Shown here piece by piece: positions 39,136-51,728 of a DNA stretch of 64,000 nucleotides. Position 1 is the stretch's first letter; the number at the start of each line of letters is the position of its first letter. The notes beneath the pieces were generated by a model that had not been told where the DNA came from, ran no database searches, and saw only the letters and a program-made list of their open reading frames with translations. The translations under genes were made by a program, and so were the position numbers. Location of the stretch: NCBI GenBank assembly GCA_951406725.2, contig OX597814.1, positions 72,230,001 to 72,294,000 on the forward strand, written 5' to 3'. This stretch comes from Octopus vulgaris (Eukaryota).

Positions 39136-40334
39136 CAAACAGTGTTCATTAAAGATTTCCCCTGACCCACTTCTGGTTATTGCAGGAAGTGGAACTTGAA
39201 ACAGGTATAATCATACATGTCTGTACATGTCACATTGTAAATTGCAGCTTTCCACTACGTTTCATTTGTGGACTAAGGTGTTATAATAGAGGTAGTTGAA
39301 TGCAAGTCAGTGATCAGGTTCTTATTACTTGAAAGGTCGTACACCAAAAGAGACTTTCAATGAGATGAAAGAAGTTTATAGTGATGATGCACCATCATAT
39401 GATGTAGTCAAGCAGTGCCATTGCTAATTCAAATGTGGTCAGACATTGGTGTAAACTGCTTCTATCCTGGATGACCACATCCTGCCATTGATGACATGAT
39501 CCATAAAATGGAAGCTGTCATTTTGGAGGATCACCGCATAACTATTCAGCAACTAGCCCTAAGAAGTGAAGATAAGTGTAAGTTCCATGGAAAAAAATCA
39601 TTCACAACCATTTGCACATATGGAAGTTGTCTGCATAATGGATTCCTCGGATGCTCACACCTTTACAGAAGCAAGAACAAGTCAATTGCTCCCAGGCTCT
39701 TTTGGCAATGTGCCAAGAAAATAAGGAGGACTTTTTCAGTAGACTTATCACACAGAATGAAACATGGGTCCATCACTATGATCCTGAGACTAAAGTCCAG
39801 TCAAAGCAATGGAAACATGATAACTCACCACCTCCAAAAAAGGCTTGTATCCAGCCTTCAGCAAGCAAGGTAATGCTCCCAGTCTTTTGGAGCATATTAT
39901 GCTTCTCTGCTGCAGAAATTGTGGCACACCATCAAAGCAGAGAGGCATAGCATGCTGACCAAAGGAGTCCACCTCCTCCGATACCATGCCCCAGTTCACA
40001 ATGTGCATGTTGGCCTGAGGAAAGCACAATCCTGTGGATATGAAATCCTTACTCTCCTGACCTCACACCATCTGACTTCCACCTCTTTCCAACTATGAAG
40101 TCTTTTTTGAAGAGGAAGCTCTTTTCAGATGATGAACTTATTTCCAAGGTAAAGTCTTGGCTCCAGATGCAGCCTACTGACTTCTACAGATGAGATCTTC
40201 ACAGCTACATAAAGTGATGGGTGAAGTGTGTCACCATTGGGGTGGCTATATAGAGGACTAATAATTATGCCAAGTTTCATTTATCACAGTCCTTGAGAAG
40301 TGGGTAAGGGGAAATCTTTAATGAACACCCCTTG
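39136..40334 (+). mobile_element. Mariner element, decayed, related to 16975-18077
   Basis: TIR gtgttcattaaagatttcccctgacccacttct inverted at ~40295-40334, TA flanks. LTPLQKQEQV...RLITQNETWVHHYDPETK...SASKVML. Confidence 0.9.
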
Positions 40335-40767
40335 TATTTGTGAAATAGTGGATAACTGCATTGATAAATGACTCAAAAATCAGCCCATGGGGGTGGAATG
40401 ATGTTTCTAAGTCAAAAATTATACCATCCCAATTGTAGGAGTAGTATTCCATAATGAATCTCATTTGAATTTTGTAGAAGAGGAAGAAAAGTTATGTTCT
40501 CTGCAGAGTGAGCAGTATAGGAGGTGATAAGTAGGCCTTTGATGATAAGAGGCATAACTGAATCTTAGAGCACACCAATGTTGCTAGTCAGTGGACCAGA
40601 GTCACACACTTTGACGGTGTTAGTTTATTGGAAGCTTCAAAAATGAGATAAGTGGAACCCAAAAGCAAGCAGTTTAGCTAAGAGATCTACACTTCTAAAG
40701 GAAAGATTTTTATTAAAAGAATTTTTCATTTCAATCTTTCTTTCTTTTTGTTTTTTTGTTTTTTCAG

Positions 40768-40890
40768 GGTCTAGAGGAAGGAGTTGGGAGCTTCTTTCAA
40801 CTAGCCAAAGACCGATTTCCTTTAAGTTTTTCACTTCTGATGCAGCTAAGTATCAAATTAGCAGCTGCAGGAACAGAGAGTGCTATGAAG
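40768..40890 (+). CDS. NUP188: NUP188-like internal exon, phase 0-0
   Basis: Very long T-tract + cAG / GTAAGT. Encodes GLEEGVGSFFQLAKDRFPLSFSLLMQLSIKLAAAGTESAMK, similar to GLGIILDSVCGMFPHLLSPLLQLLRALVSGKSTAKK. Confidence 0.88.
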
Positions 40891-41445
40891 GTAAGTGTCT
40901 ACTCATTATATGTTTTACTGTTACAGTACTAGGTTGACAAAGTTGATAGAGCAGTGAATAAAATGCCTTGCAATATTTAGTTATGCCTCTTTATTTCTGA
41001 GTTCAAATCTCTCTGAAGTCAACTTTACTTTTCATTCCTCCACCAAAATGCAACCTAAAATACTTAGATTAGGTTTGTTTTGTGTATGGTGATCTTGCAT
41101 GTTTTCTAGTTGAAAATGTATACATTCATTTTTCTATTTCTTTCAAGATTTCTTTTACTAAAGAATTGAATCATCAATTATCAGATTTGTTTCCCTTGTT
41201 GTGGTTATTATTTTCATTGAGTATTTCAATTTTGTAGATGTTGTTAGGCATATCTTAGACTTTATGTTCAATAAGTACAGGGAATCATTTCTAAGCTGCT
41301 TTCTCAAGTGACTTCTAACATATATACATACTTAGGCATGGCTGTGTCTTTAAAATGTGTACTTCCTGACTATGTGGTTTGAGTTGTGCCTCCTTTCATG
41401 GGCAAGTATCTTCTTTTATAACTCTTGGTTAACCAAAACCTTGTG

Positions 41446-44230
41446 CAGTGGCCCAGGAACAAAATTTGCTCGTTGGGTGCAAACTCGGATCCAAAACTTT
41501 TTACAAATTTTTTTTTCAATCTTAATATCAGACAAACACAGGTATAATAATTTTTTTTTTTATTATATTTGGGAAAGTAATGCTTCAAATCATTCAAAAA
41601 ATTTTTATATACTTGTTTTGGCAATGAAGTTTTCTAATAGGAGGACCAAAGTGTTTTCATTGCACAAGTTTTTATGTACATACATAATAGCACAGTGTGT
41701 CAGACAATGTTGCATCATTGTGGTACAGACTCGGGTCTTCAAACAGCAAGTGTGCTGAACATTCTCTTGCTTGATGGAACAGACACATGTTTGCAACTTG
41801 ACATTTTCATCACAAAGGCTGGTCCATAGTGCTTTCAGAAGAATGGTGATTTGGTGAACAAAGTACAATGCATCAGTGACCTTGACAACCATAGATCTAA
41901 CTTCTTGAAGGATAAAGTCCAGAGAGTGGTTTCTGCAGTATACAAAATATGTACCAGGAAACATGTCTTTTAATCTATTTTGTATGTCTGAAATGTTTCT
42001 GTTCATAGTACATGTGCCATCGAAAGCAAAAGCAGCATAATTTTGAGCCCAGCTCAATGTTTAGGCAACAAAACATCCAGAATAACCTTAGTTAGTGTCT
42101 CAGGAGAAAATCTTCATGGACACCCCGGTTTTCAGAAACAGCAACAAAAGCTGATTCTTGTTCCATGCCAGAGCAATCACATAATACGGTTAATATAGGG
42201 CGTTACGATTATCAGAAAATCAAAAAAAAAATGTGTGTAATAGGTGTAAAACAACTTCCTATGAACGAATATGAAAAAAAAATTCGCGCACGCGAAAGGG
42301 GGTGGGGGAGAGGCCTCGGAAAATTCACATCTGGAAGTTCCGAAAGCGTCTGAGGGGCTGACCCAGGCACCAAAACAAAAAAAAATAGTGTAATATGTGT
42401 AAAACAACTTGCTCTAAACGAATATGACAAAAAGAATTCGCACTCGCGAAAGAGGGGTGGGGGAGAGGCTTCGGAAAATTTATATCGGGAATTTCCGAAA
42501 GCGTCTGAACCGGGCACAAAAACAAAAATAAAAACAGCGTAATAGGTGTAAAACAACTTGCTCTAAACGACTATGATGAAAAAAATGCGCGCTCGCGAAA
42601 GGGGGTGGGGGAGAGGCTTCGGAAATTTCACATCTTCAGTCCACGGCCTTTAAACTAAGAAAAAATAGTGTAATTGGTGTAAAACTACTTGTTCTAAACG
42701 AGTATCAAGAACACACACTCACACATGAATCATAAACTCCGTATTTTTGTACATATTTCGCAAAAAAAAAAAAATAACAAAGAGAAGAAATTCTGGAAAA
42801 AGTGAAGAAATGTTGGATCTCCGCCATGTGAATCAAAATACGTGTCAGAAACATCTTGAAATACTACAGAAATTATATTACGAAAATGATAATGTATACA
42901 TACCTCTTTGAGTGGTCCATCGACAATGATAAAGAAATGAGTTGGATTTGAACTCAGAATATTGACTAACACAACTACATACTACAAGACTCAAAATATT
43001 CAGCCAAGTCACCACCCTTTAACTAGCAATAATAATAACATCAATAACATAACAGCCAAAAGATTTATTTGTTCTGAAAATAACAATCATAGTAAATAAA
43101 TATGTTCTTTAATATTCACATTCATGTGCACAGTTAAACACACTTACATACAAACAGTCACGCATGCATAATACAGAACGGAACACATAAATGAAGGATG
43201 CATTACTTAGTATATATTACATCTAGAGAATTTTGATTAATAAGTCAAATATGCAAATTATAAAGATAATTAATTGCTTTACTAAACAGTGTTGTAAAGG
43301 TGAAAAAATAAATTTGGGAAAAAAATACACGCCAAAACTAATTAATAAAGGATAATTAGGGAAGGATTAACACAAAATAATTATTTTTTCTGTCTCTTTT
43401 TTTCTGATAAATGCATCTTAATAAGTGAGAAGAATTGCATATATCTGAACTATTTCAAAGAAAAGCATAAATTTAATGTTTAAAATAGCTTTAACCAAGG
43501 AATGAGATCCAACATTTCTTCACTTTTTCCAGAATTTCTTCTCTTTATTATTTTTTTTTTTTTTGCGAAATATGTACAAAAATACGGAGTTTATGATTCA
43601 TGTGTGAGTGTGTGTTCTTGATACTCGTTTAGAACAAGTAGTTTTACACCAATTACACTATTTTTTCTTAGTTTAAAGGCCGTGGACTGAAGATGTGAAA
43701 TTTCCGAAGCCTCTCCCCCACCCCCCTTTCGCGAGCGCGCATTTTTTTCATCATAGTCGTTTAGAGCAAGTTGTTTTACACCTATTACGCTGTTTTTATT
43801 TTTGTTTTTGTGCCCTGTTCAGGCGCTTTCGGAAATTCCCGATATAAATTTTCCGAAGCCTCTCCCCCACCCCTCTTTCGCGAGTGCGAATTTTTTTTGT
43901 CATATTCGTTTAGAGCAAGTTGTTTTACACATATTGCACTATTTTTTTTTTGTTTTGGTGCCTGGGTCAGCCCCTCAGACGCTTTCAGAACTTCCAGATG
44001 TGAATTTTCCGAGGCCTCTCCCCCACCCCCCTTTCGCGTGCGCGAATTTTTTTTTCATATTCGTTCATAGGAAGTTGTTTTACACCTATTACACACATTT
44101 TTTTTTTGATTTTCTGATAATCGTAACGCCCTATATTAACCCATAATACCAACAAACATGGAATCTTCAACCTTTTTTCTGATCTCATGTAGTGTGATAT
44201 GAGCATATGCCTCTAGGATTTCATTTTGTA
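41446..44230 (-). mobile_element. hAT transposase relic (ZMYM1-like) interrupted by a foldback element
   Basis: FDGTCTM...YFVYCRNHSLDFILQE and CDCSGMEQ resemble hAT YDGA.M, C.AH.LNL and DxSxxEQ motifs. CAGTGGC terminus-like sequence at 41446; the other end was not found. Confidence 0.65.
42188..44141. mobile_element. Foldback-type DNA transposon with ~630-bp TIRs and 8-bp TSD (Merlin-like?)
   Basis: Arms 42188-42821 and 43504-44141 are near-identical inverted copies, with GGTTAA...TTAACC termini and CATAATAC TSD (42180-87 / 44142-49). Each arm has ~150-bp tandem subrepeats. Confidence 0.92.
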
Positions 44231-44334
44231 TGGTATCAGATTGAAAATTAACTTAACAGATCCTGATTAACTCTTCATACAGAAACTTCATTCTTTTGTT
44301 AACATTGAGGTTGCCAATATGCTGAGACTAGTTT

Positions 44335-45115
44335 GTTTAGAGGATTTCAGTTTCAATTTCTTTCCATTTGGCCTTCCTGAAATTCAAGTTCATGAGGAGC
44401 GAGTCATGTTTGATGTGTGTTTCTCTCTTTAAACTATATACAGATAATTGCATAATGTTGCAATCAGAAATAGCTTTGGAAATGAACTGAACATTGTGAA
44501 TGAAATCAGTATTGGTGATAAAGACTAGGTCAAGTATGATATTTCCTCTCATTATGGGTAATAATTTATTGCATGAGGAAGTCTTTAATTGTGTCAAGAA
44601 GAGCATTCGTATCTCCCCTGTTCAGTTTAATTCCTGGTTGGATATACTCTCAGATCAGCTGAGATTAAGAAAATTAAAGTCCCCTACTAAAAGTACATTG
44701 GCCTGTGAGCCAGCCTCATTTGTGGTTTGACTTATGAGCAACAAAGCATCTTTTAAGTGATCTCCATTGTTAACTGCACCAAGAAGATAGTGGGTAATGC
44801 CTATGATCAAATTGAGGTCAATCACATGTCATACACTGTGTTGGAGTGGGAGAGGAGGACATTTGTTGCCAGGTCTTCTTGGATGAAGATTGCTATTTCT
44901 CCTTGTTTCTGTATTCTGTGGTCAATTTTGAGTAGTACTTAACCTGAAATATATTCTTCCACATCCAATATGTCTAGGGTCAGGTGCATTTCACTTAGTG
45001 CTACACATAGTGTTCTCTCGTTGTACAAGGTCTCTCATTGTGCAAGGTCTCTAATATATGATACTTTTGTTCAATTTGTGAAATATGAAAGGCCTTATAC
45101 ATTTGGCATTATTAT
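44335..45115 (-). mobile_element. CR1/Jockey-group LINE apurinic endonuclease fragment
   Basis: Minus strand VALSEMHL...GEIAIFI...LLVGDFNF..W...RGNIILDLVF...ISDCN, matching APE motifs. Confidence 0.7.
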
Positions 45116-48100
45116 TGAGTTGAGATGAGGGTTAATGCTAGCATGGAAAAACAGATATAAATTCTAAATGTATGTGCGTCATCAAAGTAGGACAAGTTAT
45201 GATAATGATAGCTGCTATGTAAGTAAGTAAAATTTCTATTATCAATAGAAACAGTATTGGTTCAGAATAACATTCTGTATATCTTAATGTGGATATACTG
45301 TAGAAAGCCACTAAAATCCAGTTTTCATCTTGATAAAGCTTCTTGTATTGACATATAGTGTGAAAAAATGCAGAAATGTACCAACAGCAAACAGCTGCAG
45401 TGGTAGAATTGCTAAATCAGGATTTCTGTGTCTGAATGTCATCAGTAGTAAGTATCCACTTGTTAGTCACTGTTTTTCTATATTAGTAAAAAGAAAATTT
45501 GTAGAAGGATGCTTGCTACTGATGATGTACAGACAGAGAAGTCATGCTTTAACAATTCCACTATCACTGCTTGATGCTTTTTGTCCTACCATGGTTATGC
45601 TCTTGTGCTTTTTAGCACTCTGCATTTATATGTGAAGCTTTCTCAAAATGAATACTGTAGCTTTGTGGCTTTCTTACGGTGTATCTGTGTTAAGTAAGGT
45701 ATACAGAATGCTAAAATAAAATTGTAAGGGTTTTTTTTTAAGCTGAATTCAGATATATAGCTTATCTTCACAACACTTTACTTTTTCATAGAGAAATTAG
45801 ATGGACAAGGTAATATTTTTGTAAAAATGTTTGAAATGCAGAAGAAAATGTTGGCATATTTTATCAATCATAAATTTCAATTATCTGACAGATTAACAAA
45901 CACAGCATGACTCTGAAGATTTGCAAAATTAGCTAGTATTTTTGCAAAATGGAATGAATCATGTTTATCTTTGCACGATAAAATGATATTGTTATCACAA
46001 ATTGCAACTGTGAAACAAAATGCTTCTGACAGTTTTCCAATTTTTAGTGACACTTATCATCAATCTTATCTGGATTTAGAGGTTGAAATTGGCAATCTTA
46101 TGAAAAATCATCTCTGCTGCTTATTAAAATTTTTAAATCAAAAATAATTATTAGGTACAAAATCCATTTGAACCATGATTTCCAGCAGTGTATTTGTGAA
46201 AATTTAATTGAAATTGATTCAGATACTCAGTGAATGACTAGGTTTGAAGAAGTTCTGATAGAAAATTACTGGTACAAAATATTTGATAAGTGACTATATT
46301 TATCAAAACTGACCTCAACTAATTAAATAACAAAAAGCCACACTTCACTCTTGCTTCTCTCTAAATGTATATTAAGTCTGTGTGTGTCCAGAAATAAAGT
46401 GAAAAATGTCTATGATGCATAGCCACACAGATGGAGTTCAGTTATCAGAAACCATGTAACTAACCACACAACCAACTAAATGAAAAATTCAGACTGTGAG
46501 AGGTTAAAATATTACTTGTCATATAAGAAGTCAGTTCTGTGTTCAGTCATTAGATTACACTGTATTTTACTAAATACACTCTTTATTCCACCATTGAGTT
46601 TTTACTTCCAGCTACTTTATAGCTGAAAGATCATTCATATACTTTCTTAATTTGAGATATTTCTACTTCTGCTTATTTGTCTCGCAACATTTAGTTTTTT
46701 TACATGCTTATTATACCAAGTAATAGTCCAGATAATTATATTTTATTACTAATTGGAACATATTTTCAGTTTAAATTACTTTAGAAATAGTAAAAAGGAA
46801 AAAATATTCTTGAAAAATATTGAGTTTACAAAATAAAGGAAAACACAGAATAGTTTATATTTCAATTGTTCATATTTGTGCTTTTTAATAGTGACAATTA
46901 CAACAAGAGTAGAAATAAATAGTAAACATGCATTGAATTGATTCTACAGTCTTGTAACAGTTCCCTGTTATAAATTATATGTAATATACAATGCTACCTT
47001 TCTGTTTAACAAACAAATGCTGAAGCTCTTATGTGATCATTCAAGCTGCTAGGAATAGCCTCCAATCTCCCTGAAAGTATACCCACCATGTTAAAATTAA
47101 AATAACAAAAAGACAGCATAGATACAAGAGAAGCAGAATGGTAATGGGTGTAATACTTTTGATTATAGACTTGTTCTTTTAGAGAAAATTTTTTGTCTAA
47201 GTAGCAAATAAGGAGTCTCTTTTGTTTACTTTATCTGCTAGAAATACCAAGCAAATCTCACTCAAAATGTGTGAGAGAGAGGAAAGCTAAGACAGCTCTG
47301 TAGAAAAGTGTAGTTACAGAAGCATGCAAGAGAATGTATCAGACTCGTTAGCATGACTGACAAAATGCTTAAATACATATCTCCTGGCTTTCCATTCTGA
47401 GTTCAAATACCAGCAAGGTCAACCTCTGTTGGGGTTGATAAAATAAATATTAGTTAAACCCTGGGCTTGATGAAATCTGCTTATCTCTCCCCTTAAAATT
47501 GCTAGCTTTGTTCCAAAATTAGAATTGTTGTTGCAGTTTTTTTGTATTTTTTTAAGGAACTGAATCTTCTTGAATCATATTTCTGAGTTTCACAAGTCAG
47601 TTATTCAAATAATTACTGTAGGGAAGCAATCTAATGAAAAACCCTATTGAAATATGATTACTCATTAGGATTTGATTGGCCATCAAATTTTAATCTGAAA
47701 ATAACATCACACATCCAGCTATTCAAATGTCATGTGCAGATCACATTTTCGCCTTCTATTCACATGCAAAAGCACGTGATATTTCATGTCTTCAGTTTGA
47801 TATGTAAGAAAAAAGGAAACTGGCTATTGTTAATGGAGTTTTAGTGTAAGTGAATATCAGATTATCTTTTTGTTCTTTTTATTTTTCCCTTACATAACTA
47901 TTCTTCAGGGTAGGGCTAATCTATGATGTGGGAAATAAACAAGTAAATAGTTTATTTTTCACACAATGGATTTGCCATACCCTGAAACTGAAAATAAAAA
48001 GCATTAAGATATTCATCAACATTAAAACTTCACTAACAATAAATCTTACTTTGCTCTCATATATTTTCACATAAAGCACAGCAGAAATGAAATTGTCGTG

Positions 48101-48348
48101 TGTTCTGCATGTGACAAATACATGAATGTGACACGTTTGCTAACATTTTTCAAACCATTGATGAAATCTTGATGGTTAATTATATTCTGATTAAGTTTAC
48201 GAATAATTTTGTTTACTTATTTTCATACTTCAACTGTTTGAAAGATTGGCAACATGAAACAGAGTTTGATTCAAGTAGCTTCAGCTTCTAATGAAATTTC
48301 CACTCTTTTCTTTATGTATTGAATACAGTATTATTAATTTGCAAACAT

Positions 48349-48475
48349 AGGTGCAGATATGGCTGTGTGGTAAGAAGCTTGCTTCCCAATCACATGGGTC
48401 TGGGTTCAGTCCCACTGCATGGCACCTTGGGCAAGTGTCCCTTGTGGGAGGATTTGGTAAATAGAAACTGAAAGC

Positions 48476-48510
<35 letters not shown>

Positions 48511-49090
48511 AAAATGATATATGCATATATATACACACACATGCACATATGAGTACAGGACATCACTAACAGTAAACAACATGAAATACGAAAGCAAATG
48601 AGTTCAATATGCAAACATTGAGAAAAACAAATGGAAAACAGAACAAATAACATAAAGAACGAACCTTCATCAGTTGTCAGCTATCTATCTACTCTTCATT
48701 TCAAGCATTGAATGACAATATGAGTCTTGGAAGACAGTTGCTCTCTCGTAAGTACCAAAATAAAATTGGGGATTTATGGAGGGTCAGGGTTGGGAACAAA
48801 AACGGGACAGTGGAGACATACAAGGAAACCGAACAAAAACAAATGTGTGTGTGTGAATGTGTATACACACACACACACATATGTTTGTGTGTGAGTCTGT
48901 GTTTGTCCCCCTGCCATCGCTTGACAATCAATATTGGTATGTTTATGTCCCCATAACTTAGCAGTTCAGCAAAAGAGACCAATAGAATAAGTACTAGGCT
49001 TACAAAGAATAAGTCCTGGGGTCGATTTCTTCAACCCTTTAAGTAAGTGCTCCAGCAAGGCTGCAGTCAAAAGACTGAAACAAATAAGAA
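48349..49090 (+). mobile_element. CORE-type tRNA-derived SINE with internal microsatellite (interrupted)
   Basis: Head tggctgtgtggtaagaagcttgcttccc..gggttcagtccc, core gcaccttgggcaagtgtc, then (TA/TG)n and tail ...gactgaaacaa. Other copies are at ~28670-28855(-), ~55900-56135(+), ~56400-56750(-), ~61000-61165(-/+ fragments) and 63177-63370(+). Confidence 0.8.
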
Positions 49091-49779
49091 TACCCACCAA
49101 TCCCTGTGTGTGTGTGCACGCGTATGTAATCACTTTATGCCCACTTACCATGCTGGAGTGGGTTGAATGTTTCAACAGCATCTGATGAGTAAGAAAACTA
49201 CATTTTGCTCCAACATCTCAGTTTGGGCAAGGTTTCTATCCTAACACTAACCACTTCACAGTGTGTGCTAGTGAGGTTACTCACAAAAGTTTAAAAAACA
49301 ACATGACTAAAGGAGAGAATAGGAGAGAGTGATTATTTTAGATGAGGGGATGAGAGAAGTTAATGTATTAACAAGAGTAATAGAGGAGGGAATATTGGGA
49401 GGAGGAAATGGCAAGAAATGAGAAAATGAAGTGTGGTATCAGGGGTTAGTGTGAAAGAAAGAAGAACAGAGTAATATGGATGATGAAAGAGAGATAGAAG
49501 ATAGAATGATGAGGAACCAGAGATGGTGTGAGGAGAGGATCAGTGAAAAAAAAGAGAGAGAGGCATGTGGTGTTATTGAAGTTGAGAGAAACATAGGCAA
49601 GGGTTGAAGGAAGAGTGAATGGATGCAGTAATAGCAGTGAGAGAAAGAACATCAGTGGAGTATCACAGAGGTGGTGAGTGAGCAGAGGATAAGAGTATAA
49701 GAGCATCCCAACCACCATCACTGCCATGCTTGTTACCAATTCTCAGTTATTTGTCATCTCTTCTGTGTGATTCAACATC

Positions 49780-51265
49780 TTGAAATCAGTTTTCATCACT
49801 CATCTTCTGGCCTTTCTAGGATCCCTTTCCACAGGTACTATCCTCTTTGAGTCTTCATAATATTTTATACAACCACCAACATCCACATACATCACATATT
49901 CATACCAATGTCGTCTTCTCTCTTGTTCGCAACATCTGATTCCTCTTATATACAGCTTTTCTCTCACATCATTCACGCACACTAACATTACACATTTAGC
50001 AACACATATTTGCTTCATGTGTTTCTATTCATCACAAATCTTCTACATTCAAAGCTTATGTCACATTGCTATAATGTTACACTTTGCTCACAAGCATCAT
50101 AAACTTTAGCTTTCACTGGCCCCTTGTTGCCAGTAGAAGTAGTCACTCCCTGAACTTTCCCAACGTATTCTTACTGAGTACCCACCCTACTGTTAATTAG
50201 GCTACCTAGGCAATAGAAATGATTAACTAGTTCTGGGAGATTGAAAGCCACTTAGCTGAATGGCCTTGTCTTGTCAGTTACTTGGTGATTTCACTAGTGC
50301 CAATACCACAAAGAAAGCACCCCATAAACTCTGTAAATTGGTTCACTTTAGGAGGGGCATCTAGATGTAGAAACCATACCAAGGCAAACATTGGAATTCA
50401 ACATAGGCCTCATAGACAAACATTGAATGATGGTGATGCTGATGCTGATGAGGAGGAGGAGGAGGTGCCTTCTGAACAGTTGAGAGAATTTATTTTCCAG
50501 TTGCACTTTGTTCTTTAATGCCCCCATGCACATATGAAGAATGTCTGTGATCCCACTACAGCTGTTGTGTGTATATTGTTGATATTGAGTACTCTGTATG
50601 ATGCTTCTACTTACTCCTTTTCTGCATATTAATCATGGCTTTTTCTCTCTCTTTATTTCTTTTTTTTTTTTGTATTCTTAGCATAACTTTTTAGTCTTAA
50701 GGAAGTCTACGTTAAGGCAGTAAAATTCCAAGTCTGGAATTTTTACACCAAATCTTCCACAGATTCGGTTATAAAAACAGTCATCAGCATGCAAGATTTC
50801 ACCTTAACAGCTAGTCTTAAGCTACTCTGTTTTGATTTGGAAACTACAATAGACAGGAGAGACCTGAAGACTGAGCCCTGATGGACTCCTTCATGCATAT
50901 TAAATTCTCCACGGAACTCATTGTTAACTCTCATTTGATTGCACTTCTTCTATACAAGCCTTGTAAACCTCTCACAAGTCCTTCATTTACTCACTAGATT
51001 CCTTTGCAACCTCTAGACAAGACAGTGAGCAACCCTGTCAAAGGCCTTCTGTAAGCCTACAAATGTTAGGTATAGAAGCTTGTTCCCTTGCTAAGTACTT
51101 CTCTTGCTCTTGTCTCATGTAGAAGAAGGCTTCATGGCACCTTTCCCTTATACAAAGTCAAACTTCATTTCATGTAGACTAATCTTGTTCTTCGTCTATT
51201 TACCAATAACTCTATATAAACCTAATCCAACAATTTGATGCCTCTGTAGTTTCACCTCTCTAATG
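49780..51265 (-). mobile_element. RTE LINE fragments (ORF2 C-terminus and RT pieces), decayed
   Basis: RGIRCCEQERRRHWY..RDPRK and RVNNEFRGEFNMHEGVHQGSV. Same family as 36926-38127. The region is a mosaic of pieces. Confidence 0.6.
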
Positions 51266-51728
51266 CATCATTTCATTTGTAAGACTTTACATATACACAC
51301 ATGTACCTGCATAGAGAGAGAGAGGTAGTGAACAGTATGTAGAGAGATGGAGGCAAAATAAACAGAGATGAAGGTGTAATGAGAGATGGATAAGTGAGAG
51401 AGCAGTAGGGGTACTAATGGTTTATACCAGCATCTACTACCTTTTCCCACAAAATAAAGAGCAACAGCATACACATATTCTACAAGAAAACTAAGGAACA
51501 GTACACATACATACATAAACACTCCTACTCACATATCACAAACATATACACATATAAAAGTAACAAAGAGGGAAATACAAACAAAAGAAATAATGGAAAC
51601 CTATATACACAATTAACTTGTAACATTCTGTTTGAAAAATTAAAAGTGCAACACTAATGAATGAAATTATTCCTAAAATTGGGCTTGTTTATTCAAATGT
51701 ATGTGTCTGAAGCCTTATCTGCCATTAA

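Noticed and set aside
41148-41240. Candidate exon after ttctttcaAG
   Set aside because: No good donor before a stop and no NUP188 similarity; the next homologous segment is at 62352.
42235-42700. Regularly spaced repeats suggestive of a CRISPR array
   Set aside because: Whole ~150-bp units repeat with no unique spacers, there are no cas genes, and the units lie inside a eukaryotic transposon TIR.
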